A DNA stretch of 64,000 nucleotides from Candidatus Saccharimonadota bacterium. Its GTDB lineage: Bacteria; Patescibacteriota; Saccharimonadia; Saccharimonadales; JACDBH01. Positions within the stretch are counted from its first letter, which is position 1; each line of letters starts with the position of its first letter. The translations under genes and the position numbers were made by a program. This document shows positions 8,391 through 17,879 of the stretch, in pieces. The DNA lies in NCBI GenBank assembly GCA_028289135.1, contig JAQGGW010000007.1, forward strand, positions 2,300 through 66,299, read 5' to 3'. The notes under the pieces were generated by a model that was not told the DNA's origin, searched no databases, and saw only the letters and a list, made by a program, of their open reading frames with translations.

Positions 8391-9947
8391 ATGAGCATAG
8401 AAGCAGTTCCAGCAGTAATACCCCAACAAGTCGGGCCAGATATTGATACACAAGATGCCCAAAACATAAGCAGAAACCCATTGCGCCGCTTGATAATGGC
8501 GGGCGCAGCATTACTTGCCAGTACAGCTGTAATTAATGAGACAGCTTACGCATCCGATGGGGTCGGCCAAGACGCGGCTATATCTACGTGCGCAAATGGT
8601 GAGAACCCGGCAGATTATATAAGCACTGGACAGAAGGTTCCCTGCAAGCGCCCGGGTGATACTTTGTGCCAACCATACGATCCAAACGTAAGATATGGAA
8701 TTCAAGATCCCAATGCTCCATATGATATTTATGGCCGTCAGGTTACGAAAGTGTTTTGGTATTGCGGTACAACTCCTCTTGCACCTGCACAAACACCTCC
8801 ACCAAAAGGTGAGCTTGTTATTCCACCCATTACATCGGTTGGAACTGCTTCTAAATTTGTAGCAATATCACCAGAGCGTATTTTTAATACCCGCGATGGA
8901 ACAGGAGAAAATGGAGTCGCAAAGCCCATTGCCGCAAATAGTTCTGTTGATATTGATATTCGTAACCAACCAGGTATTTCAAAAGACGCAACTGCTGTAG
9001 TGGTTAACCTAACAGCAATCGGCCAAGCAGCAGGTTATGTAACGGCTTATCCAACCGGCACACCAAGACCAAATGTATCAGCGCTTAATATAAACAACCC
9101 GGGCGACATTGTACCGAATTTGGTTACAGTTCCAATTGGGGCAAATGGCGATATTACTGTTTATAGCCAAAGTGGAACTGAACTTGTGGTTGACGCAGAA
9201 GGCAGCTATGTTCCTGCAGCGTCTGGATCGGCCGCAGGCAGGCTTATAGCTGGGTTAACCCCTGGGCGCGTGTATGACAGTCGTGACGCAAATGCCCAAA
9301 TGCATTTAGGCGAAACCAGGACGCTAGACGTAACAGGTGTAGCCGGGATTCCAAAAACTGGGGTTGGCGCAGTTGAGCTAAACATGACTGCCGTTGATGC
9401 TCAAGCTTCTGGCTTTATTACAGTTTGGCCCGACGGTATTGCACGGCCAGATACTTCTGTAGTGAACTTTGCCTCAGGAGCTAATAGCATTGCTGCAAAT
9501 CGTGTATTAGTCCCTGTTACAAATGGCAAGATAGATATATATGCTTCACAAGACATAAGTATAGTAATTGATGCTGTAGATGCATTTACAGATAATTCTG
9601 CAGTTGTGAGTACCTCAGGCTTATTCCAGGCAGTTACGCCTACAAGACTTCTAGATACCCGTTATGACCAAAACCGGCCTCAAGCAATGCAAGGCTATCT
9701 TGTTGATATTTCCAAAGCCGGACTAGATCCATCGAAATTTATAGGCATGGAAGGCAATTTGACGATAACTGGGCTAAACAACCAGATGACGTTTGGTACT
9801 GCCTATACGGAAGTAAACAATGGCCGGTCAACAGTTAATGGAATGTTAACCCGCGCAAATGGTTTTGCCGCACTGCTTAGAACTTCTGTTGCAGTAAACC
9901 GCCCCTCAGATATGATAGTTGATGTCAGCGGTCTGTATTCTAAGTAG
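8391..9947 (+). CDS. secreted protein with three ~130-aa internal repeats
   Basis: ATG 8391 is preceded by tgggag. A hydrophobic signal follows ...NPLRRLIMAGAALLASTAVINETAYA. Three repeats each open with P-x-R-[IVL]-x-[ND]-[ST]-R (SPERIFNTRDG, TPGRVYDSRDA, TPTRLLDTRYD). Confidence 0.6.
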   Translation: MSIEAVPAVIPQQVGPDIDTQDAQNISRNPLRRLIMAGAALLASTAVINETAYASDGVGQDAAISTCANGENPADYISTGQKVPCKRPGDTLCQPYDPNVRYGIQDPNAPYDIYGRQVTKVFWYCGTTPLAPAQTPPPKGELVIPPITSVGTASKFVAISPERIFNTRDGTGENGVAKPIAANSSVDIDIRNQPGISKDATAVVVNLTAIGQAAGYVTAYPTGTPRPNVSALNINNPGDIVPNLVTVPIGANGDITVYSQSGTELVVDAEGSYVPAASGSAAGRLIAGLTPGRVYDSRDANAQMHLGETRTLDVTGVAGIPKTGVGAVELNMTAVDAQASGFITVWPDGIARPDTSVVNFASGANSIAANRVLVPVTNGKIDIYASQDISIVIDAVDAFTDNSAVVSTSGLFQAVTPTRLLDTRYDQNRPQAMQGYLVDISKAGLDPSKFIGMEGNLTITGLNNQMTFGTAYTEVNNGRSTVNGMLTRANGFAALLRTSVAVNRPSDMIVDVSGLYSK

Positions 9948-10009
9948 GTATTAAATTATTTTGGAAGGTTTACGGCCGCCTAGCATAAGAGGTATACTTA
10001 GCGGTAAGT

Positions 10010-10489
10010 ATGGGTGCAAAACGGAAAGTAATATTAATAGTGGTGGTGGGCTTAGTTGTCATAGGCGCTGGTGTTGGTGGCGCAATTTTATTTAAAACTA
10101 ACCGTGAAAAAGCTTTTTTGCGCAGCCACACAAGTAATACTCGACCTACAAAAAAAGCGGATAGTGCTTACACACCACCTGAAGTAGTTAAGTCTTTTGA
10201 TAGTTTAGAAACACAGTACAGCCAAGGTAAATATGCAGAATTTATACCTGCTGCAGAAGTCTATGCAAGAGATGAATCACACGATAGTAGCTCGCGCTTA
10301 AGTATGTATGAAATGTGTATTAGGGCAGCACTCAAAACAAAAGTCCAAGCAGAAGCAGATGTATGTAAACAAGAGGCTCTTACCTTAGCTGCCGCACGGA
10401 CAGACCAAGCCGGACGAGATGGCTGGAAAAACCTGATTACTGATGCTTATAACGGCGTAAATCCCAAAGATTCAACGGTAAGCCAATGA
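10010..10489 (+). CDS. small N-terminally anchored membrane protein (partner of giant protein A)
   Basis: 159 aa with TM VILIVVVGLVVIGAGVGGAILF. Its stop overlaps the start of the next gene (ATGA at 10486-10489). Confidence 0.55.
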   Translation: MGAKRKVILIVVVGLVVIGAGVGGAILFKTNREKAFLRSHTSNTRPTKKADSAYTPPEVVKSFDSLETQYSQGKYAEFIPAAEVYARDESHDSSSRLSMYEMCIRAALKTKVQAEADVCKQEALTLAAARTDQAGRDGWKNLITDAYNGVNPKDSTVSQ

Positions 10490-13400
10490 GAATTTTATTT
10501 AAAAAGGGCAAACTTTGTACGGCTGTTTTTATACTTTTTTTGATGTTTATGGCTTTTGGTTTGGCCAAGGGGCAAAAGGCCGAGGCATATATACCCGGTG
10601 TTAAAAGTTCAGTTTTCCCCGACACTAGCCTGCCTGGTGGCGCGGATACTTATGCCGTTGTCCAACTACGTCAAAGCGGAGCACAAGTTCGCGCCCAAAG
10701 TACAATTGCCAACATTTATGTGCCAGTTGGTTTAGTGAACCAAAATATTGCAATAAACATCCAAGATGGCTGCAATAACTCGGGGCCCGATATTCAGGGC
10801 TGGGTAGCAAACACTTTGTTTTATATTGAAGATCCAAACATTGGATTTGGCGTAACAACGGCTTCAAACTGCGGCCCAGGCGGAACTATACCAATGAACT
10901 TTATTGCTTCGCCATCATCTAGGACTTACCAGGACAATGAAAGCGGTGTTAATTATTATGTATACAAATTCCGAGCCCAGGCTTATGGTTCGGAATCACA
11001 ACAATACCTAAACGCCTTTAGGCTAATAGGCGGCACGGGTGGTGTGTTTTTGGGTGTTGCTGATACTGATTCCTTTTGCGACAACATATCTTATCCAAAA
11101 TCCTGTCCTTCAGCTCCTCCAGGTCAAAGTTTGGTTTACTCCACTTTTTATAACCGAGGTAACCCATTTGGAGCAGACTATGGCCAAACGCTAGAAATAA
11201 ATACAGGATGTAAAAATCGTATAGGCGGAATTAGTTTGTATGACCTTGACGCAAGTGATCCCGCGCTGAATCAAGTTAATTTGCACGTTAAGCTCGAGTC
11301 AAGGCCAACTGCAGGTGGTCCAACAACATTACTGGCTGAGCTGGATAGGAATGAGCTGATTTGGATACAAGCAAACGACGATCAGTATGCCAATTTCCCA
11401 GGGAACTTGCAAATGAGCCTTGCAGCTAATACAACATTTATTATGACTATAACAGGGGTTAGTTATAACAATGCTATCCAAGCACGGCCATATCTTTTAA
11501 ATGCCAGCGATCCAAACGTATGTGGAAGTAACCCGCAAGGCTACATTGATAGTTGCCAGCTTGAAGGCGGGCATACGGTTATATATGGCTGGGCTTATGA
11601 TGGCGACTCAAACTCAAGTGGTGAGCCTCCAGTTAACCTAACTGTGAATGGGACTTCTTACGCTAATTCGGGGAATATTAACAGTGATAATCCGTATCGT
11701 GATGCGGAGATTGAAGCGTATTTAGGCGTCGGACCCTCTAAACGCAGTTATGGCTTTAGGTGGGACGCTGGTGTGTTAAACGTGGGCGGACTATGGGCAA
11801 TTTCGGGTACGGTATTAAACGTTGGCGGCGGGTCAAACCAAGGACTCGGGCTTAATACTGCAGGAGGTGCGCCGGCAGGTGGGTTTGGCTATGGATTTCC
11901 GGGAGGCGCGGTGCCTGTTGCGTGTCAACAGCCACCAAACGTTACCATATCTGGCAGTGTCTATGATGCCCAGGATTCTTCTATAAAATACGCAGGTGTA
12001 TTTATATATACTTGCGTAGCCGGGGTCTCTGCCACTACGGACGGAGCGGGCAATTATAGCTTTACTATTCCTGCTGGCACCTATTTCTGTGTCGGATCAA
12101 ATGATCTGCCAACTTATACTGACGCTATTCATCCACGGCCTACGACTGGGTGGGGGTATTTGTCCTGTCCAAACTACCCGGCTGCATCAGTAATACCTAG
12201 CGGCCAAAACCCTAACTATTGCACGGCAAGCTACCGTTATGACAACCAGCAGGCTGGGCAGTATACCGCCAACGGCTACGACCGTGGCATAGAAACAGGG
12301 TACGACTTCGCGTATACACGGCCGCAAGTTAATGTCCAGGGAGCGATTTATAACGCATACAATTTGGGTCAAAGATATGACATCTCGATTCAAACGTGTG
12401 CTTCACACTTTTATATACCCGCCAGCGTCTCAACTTCAAATGGTGTCTATAACATTACTATGTACCGCGGTGACACATACTGCTTACGCCCATCAGGGGC
12501 ATTACCTTCTGGATATTACAACGTCAGGCCGTGGTCAGAGGGCTACGGTGGCTGCGCGGCGCATAACGACCTATCTGGATATAACTATTGCGCCGGAGTT
12601 GGTACGTATGAATGGCAAGTAGCAGGAGGCCAGTATCCATTGGGGCCTAATATTGACCGCAATGCGGATAACGGATTTGATTTTGTATTCCGCTTTGCGC
12701 CTGTGGTTAACTGTAACTTAATTGGTCCAAGTGTATCAGAGGCAGGGACGCCTTTTACCGTCCAGTTTAATGGTATAGACAACAGCAACTCCTTGCAGCC
12801 TAAAGTAACAAGCGGTAATTATAGCTACACCATCCAAGGAATCGCCAGCTATGGGACTTCATATGCAGGAGGGTTAGATCCGCGCGGTTCGCCAGGCAAG
12901 GTTCTTGTTACTAATACCTATACGGCCCCAGCTGCTGGCGCATATCCTTTTACCGGGAGTATTACCGCAGTCGGAGATGGTATTCCAGCAGGGCCAGTAG
13001 CTTGTGGCGGCTTGTCATCGGTTAAGATATCTACGTTTCCATACTTTAAAACGTATGGCGAAGATGTTGTGACGGGTAATGGCTTTGATACAACAAGTGC
13101 AGCGCCAACATGCCCCGCAACGCCTGGCAACATATACGCATACGCCCAAAAAGATACTCCGGCCGGCGTTTTCAGCTCGAATTATAAGGGGGCGGGTGCG
13201 CAAAATGGTGCAATGACCCGTGGAAGTATATTAGGCTTCTTTACTGCAGCTAACAGGACCGCCGTAAATACGCCGCCAAAAAGTTTAACGTTTGCAAATA
13301 CCGCTCCAGTATCCACCGATGAATTTGGGGGTAATTATGGAGCTGGCACGCCGTGTATTACGGATTACTTTAGTGATCCTGCATTAAGCCCTGTAAATGG

Positions 13401-14100
13401 CGGCACGCGCGACCCTGGTCTTACTTCTGTCAACGGCAAAGAAAAGCCTTGGACAGGAGTTCTTGCAGGGGGCTCAGGAAAGTACCGTTATCTGGCCACA
13501 GCAAATACTAATATCACGGGGATTAGCGTTCCGGTTGGACAGCAGCTGGCAATATATGTTGATGGCGATCTTACGATTTCTGGTGATATAACTTTTGCTT
13601 CTGGAGCAAGTTTGCCAACAGACTTACCAAACTTAGCGGTTATCGTCCGAGGCAATATCTTTATTACGCCAAACGTTAAACGCATCGATGGTTTGTATGT
13701 GGCCCAGCCAAAAGTAGGGCAAGAAGCTTCGAAGGGACGAGTTTATACCTGTGCTTTGCCGTTTGCCCAGGTTGCAGCTGTTAATTTGGCAACTACTTGC
13801 GGTACGGGGTCCCAGCCACTCGCAATAAATGGCTCATTGGTAGCGCAGCAGGTCAAACTCCTCCGGGCGGTAAATTCATTAAAGGACAGCACGTATAGTA
13901 ATGTGCTGCCGGCTGGTGAAATACCAAACTTTGCAGATGGTTCTAGTACCGCCGGCGGTGCAAACACCAAGGCCGCCGAAGTTATTAACTATACCCCCGA
14001 AATGTACCTTGCGCCTTCGGCGCTAAAAGACCCTGGGCTGGCATGCATTAACACTAATTGTAACTACGACTCAATTTTTAGCCTGCCTCCGGTTTATTAA
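10486..14100 (+). CDS. giant secreted Cys-rich surface protein A (candidate adhesin)
   Basis: 1204 aa with a Sec-type signal (...FGLAKGQKAEA/YIP) and many Cys residues. Cna-B/CarboxypepD_reg-like segments are present (ISGSVYDAQD...TTDGAGNYSFTIPAGTYFC). The C-terminal ~350 aa (from FPYFKTYGEDV, nt ~13035) is shared with 14675..17818. Confidence 0.75.
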   Translation: MRILFKKGKLCTAVFILFLMFMAFGLAKGQKAEAYIPGVKSSVFPDTSLPGGADTYAVVQLRQSGAQVRAQSTIANIYVPVGLVNQNIAINIQDGCNNSGPDIQGWVANTLFYIEDPNIGFGVTTASNCGPGGTIPMNFIASPSSRTYQDNESGVNYYVYKFRAQAYGSESQQYLNAFRLIGGTGGVFLGVADTDSFCDNISYPKSCPSAPPGQSLVYSTFYNRGNPFGADYGQTLEINTGCKNRIGGISLYDLDASDPALNQVNLHVKLESRPTAGGPTTLLAELDRNELIWIQANDDQYANFPGNLQMSLAANTTFIMTITGVSYNNAIQARPYLLNASDPNVCGSNPQGYIDSCQLEGGHTVIYGWAYDGDSNSSGEPPVNLTVNGTSYANSGNINSDNPYRDAEIEAYLGVGPSKRSYGFRWDAGVLNVGGLWAISGTVLNVGGGSNQGLGLNTAGGAPAGGFGYGFPGGAVPVACQQPPNVTISGSVYDAQDSSIKYAGVFIYTCVAGVSATTDGAGNYSFTIPAGTYFCVGSNDLPTYTDAIHPRPTTGWGYLSCPNYPAASVIPSGQNPNYCTASYRYDNQQAGQYTANGYDRGIETGYDFAYTRPQVNVQGAIYNAYNLGQRYDISIQTCASHFYIPASVSTSNGVYNITMYRGDTYCLRPSGALPSGYYNVRPWSEGYGGCAAHNDLSGYNYCAGVGTYEWQVAGGQYPLGPNIDRNADNGFDFVFRFAPVVNCNLIGPSVSEAGTPFTVQFNGIDNSNSLQPKVTSGNYSYTIQGIASYGTSYAGGLDPRGSPGKVLVTNTYTAPAAGAYPFTGSITAVGDGIPAGPVACGGLSSVKISTFPYFKTYGEDVVTGNGFDTTSAAPTCPATPGNIYAYAQKDTPAGVFSSNYKGAGAQNGAMTRGSILGFFTAANRTAVNTPPKSLTFANTAPVSTDEFGGNYGAGTPCITDYFSDPALSPVNGGTRDPGLTSVNGKEKPWTGVLAGGSGKYRYLATANTNITGISVPVGQQLAIYVDGDLTISGDITFASGASLPTDLPNLAVIVRGNIFITPNVKRIDGLYVAQPKVGQEASKGRVYTCALPFAQVAAVNLATTCGTGSQPLAINGSLVAQQVKLLRAVNSLKDSTYSNVLPAGEIPNFADGSSTAGGANTKAAEVINYTPEMYLAPSALKDPGLACINTNCNYDSIFSLPPVY

Positions 14101-14198
14101 CGGGCCCTATTCCCAAGGGTTTATCTTAAAAGCCAAAATCAGCTTCCAGTCAATCTGTTTAGTATCACGTGCAAAAATGATCTATAATTTATTTAAGC

Positions 14199-14675
14199 AT
14201 GAGTGGTATTAAGCTGAGTAGGCTTGTGGGGTATGTAGTTATTTTAGCTGTTGTGGGTGTGGCATGCTACTTTGTGATGCACGCACTCAGGTCACATAAT
14301 AAGGCTATAGCCCAAAACACTTGCGTAACTGACAAAACAGGTATGGCGCTCTCCAAAGATATAACACTTCTAAAAGCAAAGAATGTCAGCAAACTAAAGC
14401 CAATTGCCACCCAGATTGAATCACTAAAAGGCTACCAAAAAAGCCCGACCTGTATGTACGTATTAACAATGTATTACATTAACGCCTCGGATGCCATTAA
14501 GGCCCAGGCTGAATACGATACATTGAAGGAATTAAAACCGCATGGTTCATATGGCATAAATATACAAAAAGCTACGCTATCTCTTACAGATCTAAAAACA
14601 CTAATCGAAGGAGTAAAGCTTAGGTCGGAGCAGTTTAAAAATAACGTGCTTTATGGCCCGGTGGTACCGAAGTAA
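14199..14675 (+). CDS. small N-terminally anchored membrane protein (partner of giant protein B)
   Basis: 158 aa with TM LVGYVVILAVVGVACYFV. TAATG overlap with the next gene. TATAAT at 14183-14188 lies 11 nt upstream of the ATG. Confidence 0.55.
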   Translation: MSGIKLSRLVGYVVILAVVGVACYFVMHALRSHNKAIAQNTCVTDKTGMALSKDITLLKAKNVSKLKPIATQIESLKGYQKSPTCMYVLTMYYINASDAIKAQAEYDTLKELKPHGSYGINIQKATLSLTDLKTLIEGVKLRSEQFKNNVLYGPVVPK

Positions 14676-17600
14676 TGACAAGCCAAAGTGCCAGCATAAA
14701 TATAGGCGATAGCTATTATAAAAAGTTATGGCTGTTTTTTGGTCTCAGTATTGTTATTTGTTTTTTAATGGCTTTTTGGTTTGGGAGCGCAAAGGTGCAC
14801 GCAAACCAGTTGAACCTCGATCCAGGCTCTTCGATCCCCAGCAATTATTATGACTATCTTGCTAACTGCAACTCTGCTTTGCCGCAGTATAACCCAAGCC
14901 ATAGTAGCCCTGCGATTGTACAGTGGGTAGCTGATAGTTCTGGGGGTGAGGTTCAGACAATTGAAGTGCAGCCAGGAAATGATGGAAGGTACCGGTTGCA
15001 GTACATACTTGCCGGTGCTGTTTGCTTTTCTAATAATGCCGTCAGCCAAACTTTTGCTAAGATAACTAGCGCATCCGCAAGCACGGGAACAGTTAATAAT
15101 GCTGTAGATAAAACTACAGGAATAACATATGCGCACACCGGCTCACCTGGGTCATATGACGCAAGCGCCATCTTTTTTGACTATGATTTTGGCGGTCCTA
15201 TAACTACAACCCAGAACATAACATTTACAATCAGCACGAAGGTTTTAAACCATTTTACGAGCGGATTAAATGGTTGCGTAACAGGGGCCGGTTCAACGAT
15301 AGATACTTGTACTGGCCAGAGCGATATAAATATTAGTTTGACCTTCGAGGTTTCCCAGCATGCACCCATTGCCAATCTTGATTCTGCGGGTAGCTGCAGT
15401 GTAAATATTTCTGGGTGGGGTTTTGACCAAGATGCCCCAGGCACAGGACTGGCTTTTCATACGTATTTGGATCATAAAGCGGGCGAGGTTGGCGCAATTG
15501 GACTGCCCGCACAAAGCAGCACCGTACTTCGGTCTGACGTTAACAATCTAGCTGCCTATTCCGGCTACGGTCTTACAGGCAAACATGGGTTTTCGTTTGC
15601 GATGCCAGATGCCTATAAGTATTCTGACCATGCGGTATATGTGTACGCAATCGGGGTTGACCCTGCCGGCAGCCCAGATGGTACTAACGCTCTTGTAAGC
15701 GGAACTTTTACCGCATGTCCGCCGGAACATCCTCCAGCCGGCACTATCGTTACGGCAAACTGCTCAAAAATAGCTGGTAACTTTTCTGATAGTGATCACG
15801 GAGGTTCTTATAAAATAGACGTCTACTTTGGGTCTAAAACGGCCGCAAACAAAACTACAATTAGCACGGATTCTTCGGATAACTGGAGTATTACTGTACC
15901 GAATAAATATAAACACGCTTATGACATGCAGGTGTGGGTTGAAGGATACGGCAAAGCAAACGATGGCACGGAAGATGCAGACGCTACGACTCTTGCTAAC
16001 AGTCCTTCGGATTATGGCACATGCCAAAGTTCCGCCTGTTCTTCGGTTGTTGGTGATAAGAATAACGCAGGGTACGTCGACACCATTGGAGACGGTGGGG
16101 TATATACCATACAGCGCGGTGACAAATTTAAGATAAAAATGGTTTATAAAAATACGGCCCCCGCAATTGGCGGTACGACATGGAGTACAGGCCAGGAAAG
16201 CGGACAGGTTGATGTGGGCACAGACGGCCCGGCCGGTGCAAGTACTTATGGGAAAGCCGTGACATCAAGGCTTGCACCGTTTGGAGGGAATTCAAGTGTC
16301 GCACCTGGAAGTACAGCCAGCTATGCGTGGTCTCATGACTCATCAGAAGATGAGGCGGGGGATTACACTGTTAAATACGAGATGGTACAGGAACCTTCCG
16401 AATGGTTTGGGAGTACCTGCGGGTTCACTATAAGGGTAGTTTTGCCGCCTCCTGTTATCACTTGCACACTTCAACCAGGCGGGACATACGAAACAACTAT
16501 GCCTTATACGCCACAGGCCACAATTACCCATAGTGGTCCCAAGTACTCCCCAAGCTTTAGTAATATGGTTGTAACATTTTCTGTAGATGGGACGCAGGTT
16601 GGTACTTATGGGCCCAAGACAGTAGCCAATGGCAGCTCAGCATCAGCTGTGTCGTCGGGGCCGTACACAAGCCCCGATCCTGGCAAGCATAACGTAACGG
16701 CAACGGTAACGGGTTCCCCAGATCCGGCTTCGCCTATAGTTTGCGAAGCAGTTTCCGTCGAGTTTGTGTTGATGCCGTATCTAAAAACTTTTGGGGCGGA
16801 CATAAGTACGGGCAGCAACTTTAGTAACAACAATCCTGTTCCTACCTGCACGTCAACTACAGGGGGTATCTACGGTTTTGCAAGCGGATCAGGGCCAAGC
16901 TATAAAGGTGCATCAGCGCAGTACGGCGCAATGGCACGCGGGCCAATATTGGGGTTCTTTACGGCATCAAATCGTTCGTCGCTCAACAACGCGCCAAAAG
17001 GGCTAACTTTTAGCAATACAAACGCGCTTGAATTTGGGGGTAACTACGGTCCAGGCCTCCCTTGTATTACCGATTATTTTAGCGATCCAACTTCGGTCCC
17101 AGCTCCACTAAATGGCGGGACGCGTGATCCTGGACTTTTGGCAGCAAATGGCAAAGAAACAACGTGGGGCGGTTCGGTAGCTGCCGGATTAGGCAAGCAC
17201 CGCTATATTGCAAACGGCAATATTCAGATTGCTGGCCTGACCATACCTGCCGGCACCCAGGCTGCAATTTATATAAAAGGGAACCTAACAATATCAGGTG
17301 ACGTTAGTTTTGACCCCGCAAGCTCAATTGCCGCACTGCCGAATCTGGCGATAATAGTAAGAGGTAATATTTTTATTACGCCAAACGTGCAGCGGATCGA
17401 TGGCCTTTTTGTGGCCCAGCCAACGAATATCATTACCCCGTCAGATGGCCGGATTTATACCTGTGCGAACCCGTTTGCAGCCATTCCAGCCGTTAATCTT
17501 GCGACCGCATGCGGCAATAGCGGTTCGGCACCGTTGGCAGTAAACGGCGCGTTAGTTGCGCAGCAAGTTAAATTCTTAAGAACAATGAATTCGTACGGTG

Positions 17601-17818
17601 TAAATGGGACGGCGAGCAATTTGGCGCCTTATGGTGAAATACCAAATTTTGCGAATGGTTCAGAAACAGGCAACGGGGCAAACACTAGGGCCGCGGAAGT
17701 TATAAATTATACGCCAGAAGTCTACCTGGCTCCGTCTGCTATAAAAAGCCCTGACTTGGAATGTGTGGATATATCATGCAAATACGAATCAATCTATAGT
17801 TTGCCGCCTGTTTATTAG
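14675..17818 (+). CDS. giant secreted Cys-rich surface protein B (paralogue of A in the C-terminal domain)
   Basis: 1047 aa with an N-terminal signal/anchor (LWLFFGLSIVICFLMAFWFGSAKVHA). The C-terminal domain from MPYLKTFGADI (nt 16772) has long runs shared with A, e.g. LPNLA[VI]IVRGNIFITPNV[KQ]RIDGL[YF]VAQP, AAEVINYTPE[MV]YLAPSA, and the end ...S[IL][FY]SLPPVY. Confidence 0.75.
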   Translation: MTSQSASINIGDSYYKKLWLFFGLSIVICFLMAFWFGSAKVHANQLNLDPGSSIPSNYYDYLANCNSALPQYNPSHSSPAIVQWVADSSGGEVQTIEVQPGNDGRYRLQYILAGAVCFSNNAVSQTFAKITSASASTGTVNNAVDKTTGITYAHTGSPGSYDASAIFFDYDFGGPITTTQNITFTISTKVLNHFTSGLNGCVTGAGSTIDTCTGQSDINISLTFEVSQHAPIANLDSAGSCSVNISGWGFDQDAPGTGLAFHTYLDHKAGEVGAIGLPAQSSTVLRSDVNNLAAYSGYGLTGKHGFSFAMPDAYKYSDHAVYVYAIGVDPAGSPDGTNALVSGTFTACPPEHPPAGTIVTANCSKIAGNFSDSDHGGSYKIDVYFGSKTAANKTTISTDSSDNWSITVPNKYKHAYDMQVWVEGYGKANDGTEDADATTLANSPSDYGTCQSSACSSVVGDKNNAGYVDTIGDGGVYTIQRGDKFKIKMVYKNTAPAIGGTTWSTGQESGQVDVGTDGPAGASTYGKAVTSRLAPFGGNSSVAPGSTASYAWSHDSSEDEAGDYTVKYEMVQEPSEWFGSTCGFTIRVVLPPPVITCTLQPGGTYETTMPYTPQATITHSGPKYSPSFSNMVVTFSVDGTQVGTYGPKTVANGSSASAVSSGPYTSPDPGKHNVTATVTGSPDPASPIVCEAVSVEFVLMPYLKTFGADISTGSNFSNNNPVPTCTSTTGGIYGFASGSGPSYKGASAQYGAMARGPILGFFTASNRSSLNNAPKGLTFSNTNALEFGGNYGPGLPCITDYFSDPTSVPAPLNGGTRDPGLLAANGKETTWGGSVAAGLGKHRYIANGNIQIAGLTIPAGTQAAIYIKGNLTISGDVSFDPASSIAALPNLAIIVRGNIFITPNVQRIDGLFVAQPTNIITPSDGRIYTCANPFAAIPAVNLATACGNSGSAPLAVNGALVAQQVKFLRTMNSYGVNGTASNLAPYGEIPNFANGSETGNGANTRAAEVINYTPEVYLAPSAIKSPDLECVDISCKYESIYSLPPVY

Positions 17819-17857
17819 CCCAAACAACTGCAAGAAGTTGTTTAAAAGCGTCATGCT

Positions 17858-17868
17858 TATGCTATAAT
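17858..17868 (+). promoter_or_regulatory. extended -10 promoter (TRTGnTATAAT) of the pilM operon
   Basis: tatgctataat at 17858-17868. ATG 17880 is 12 nt downstream. Confidence 0.6.
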
Positions 17869-17879
17869 TTTAAGTAATT

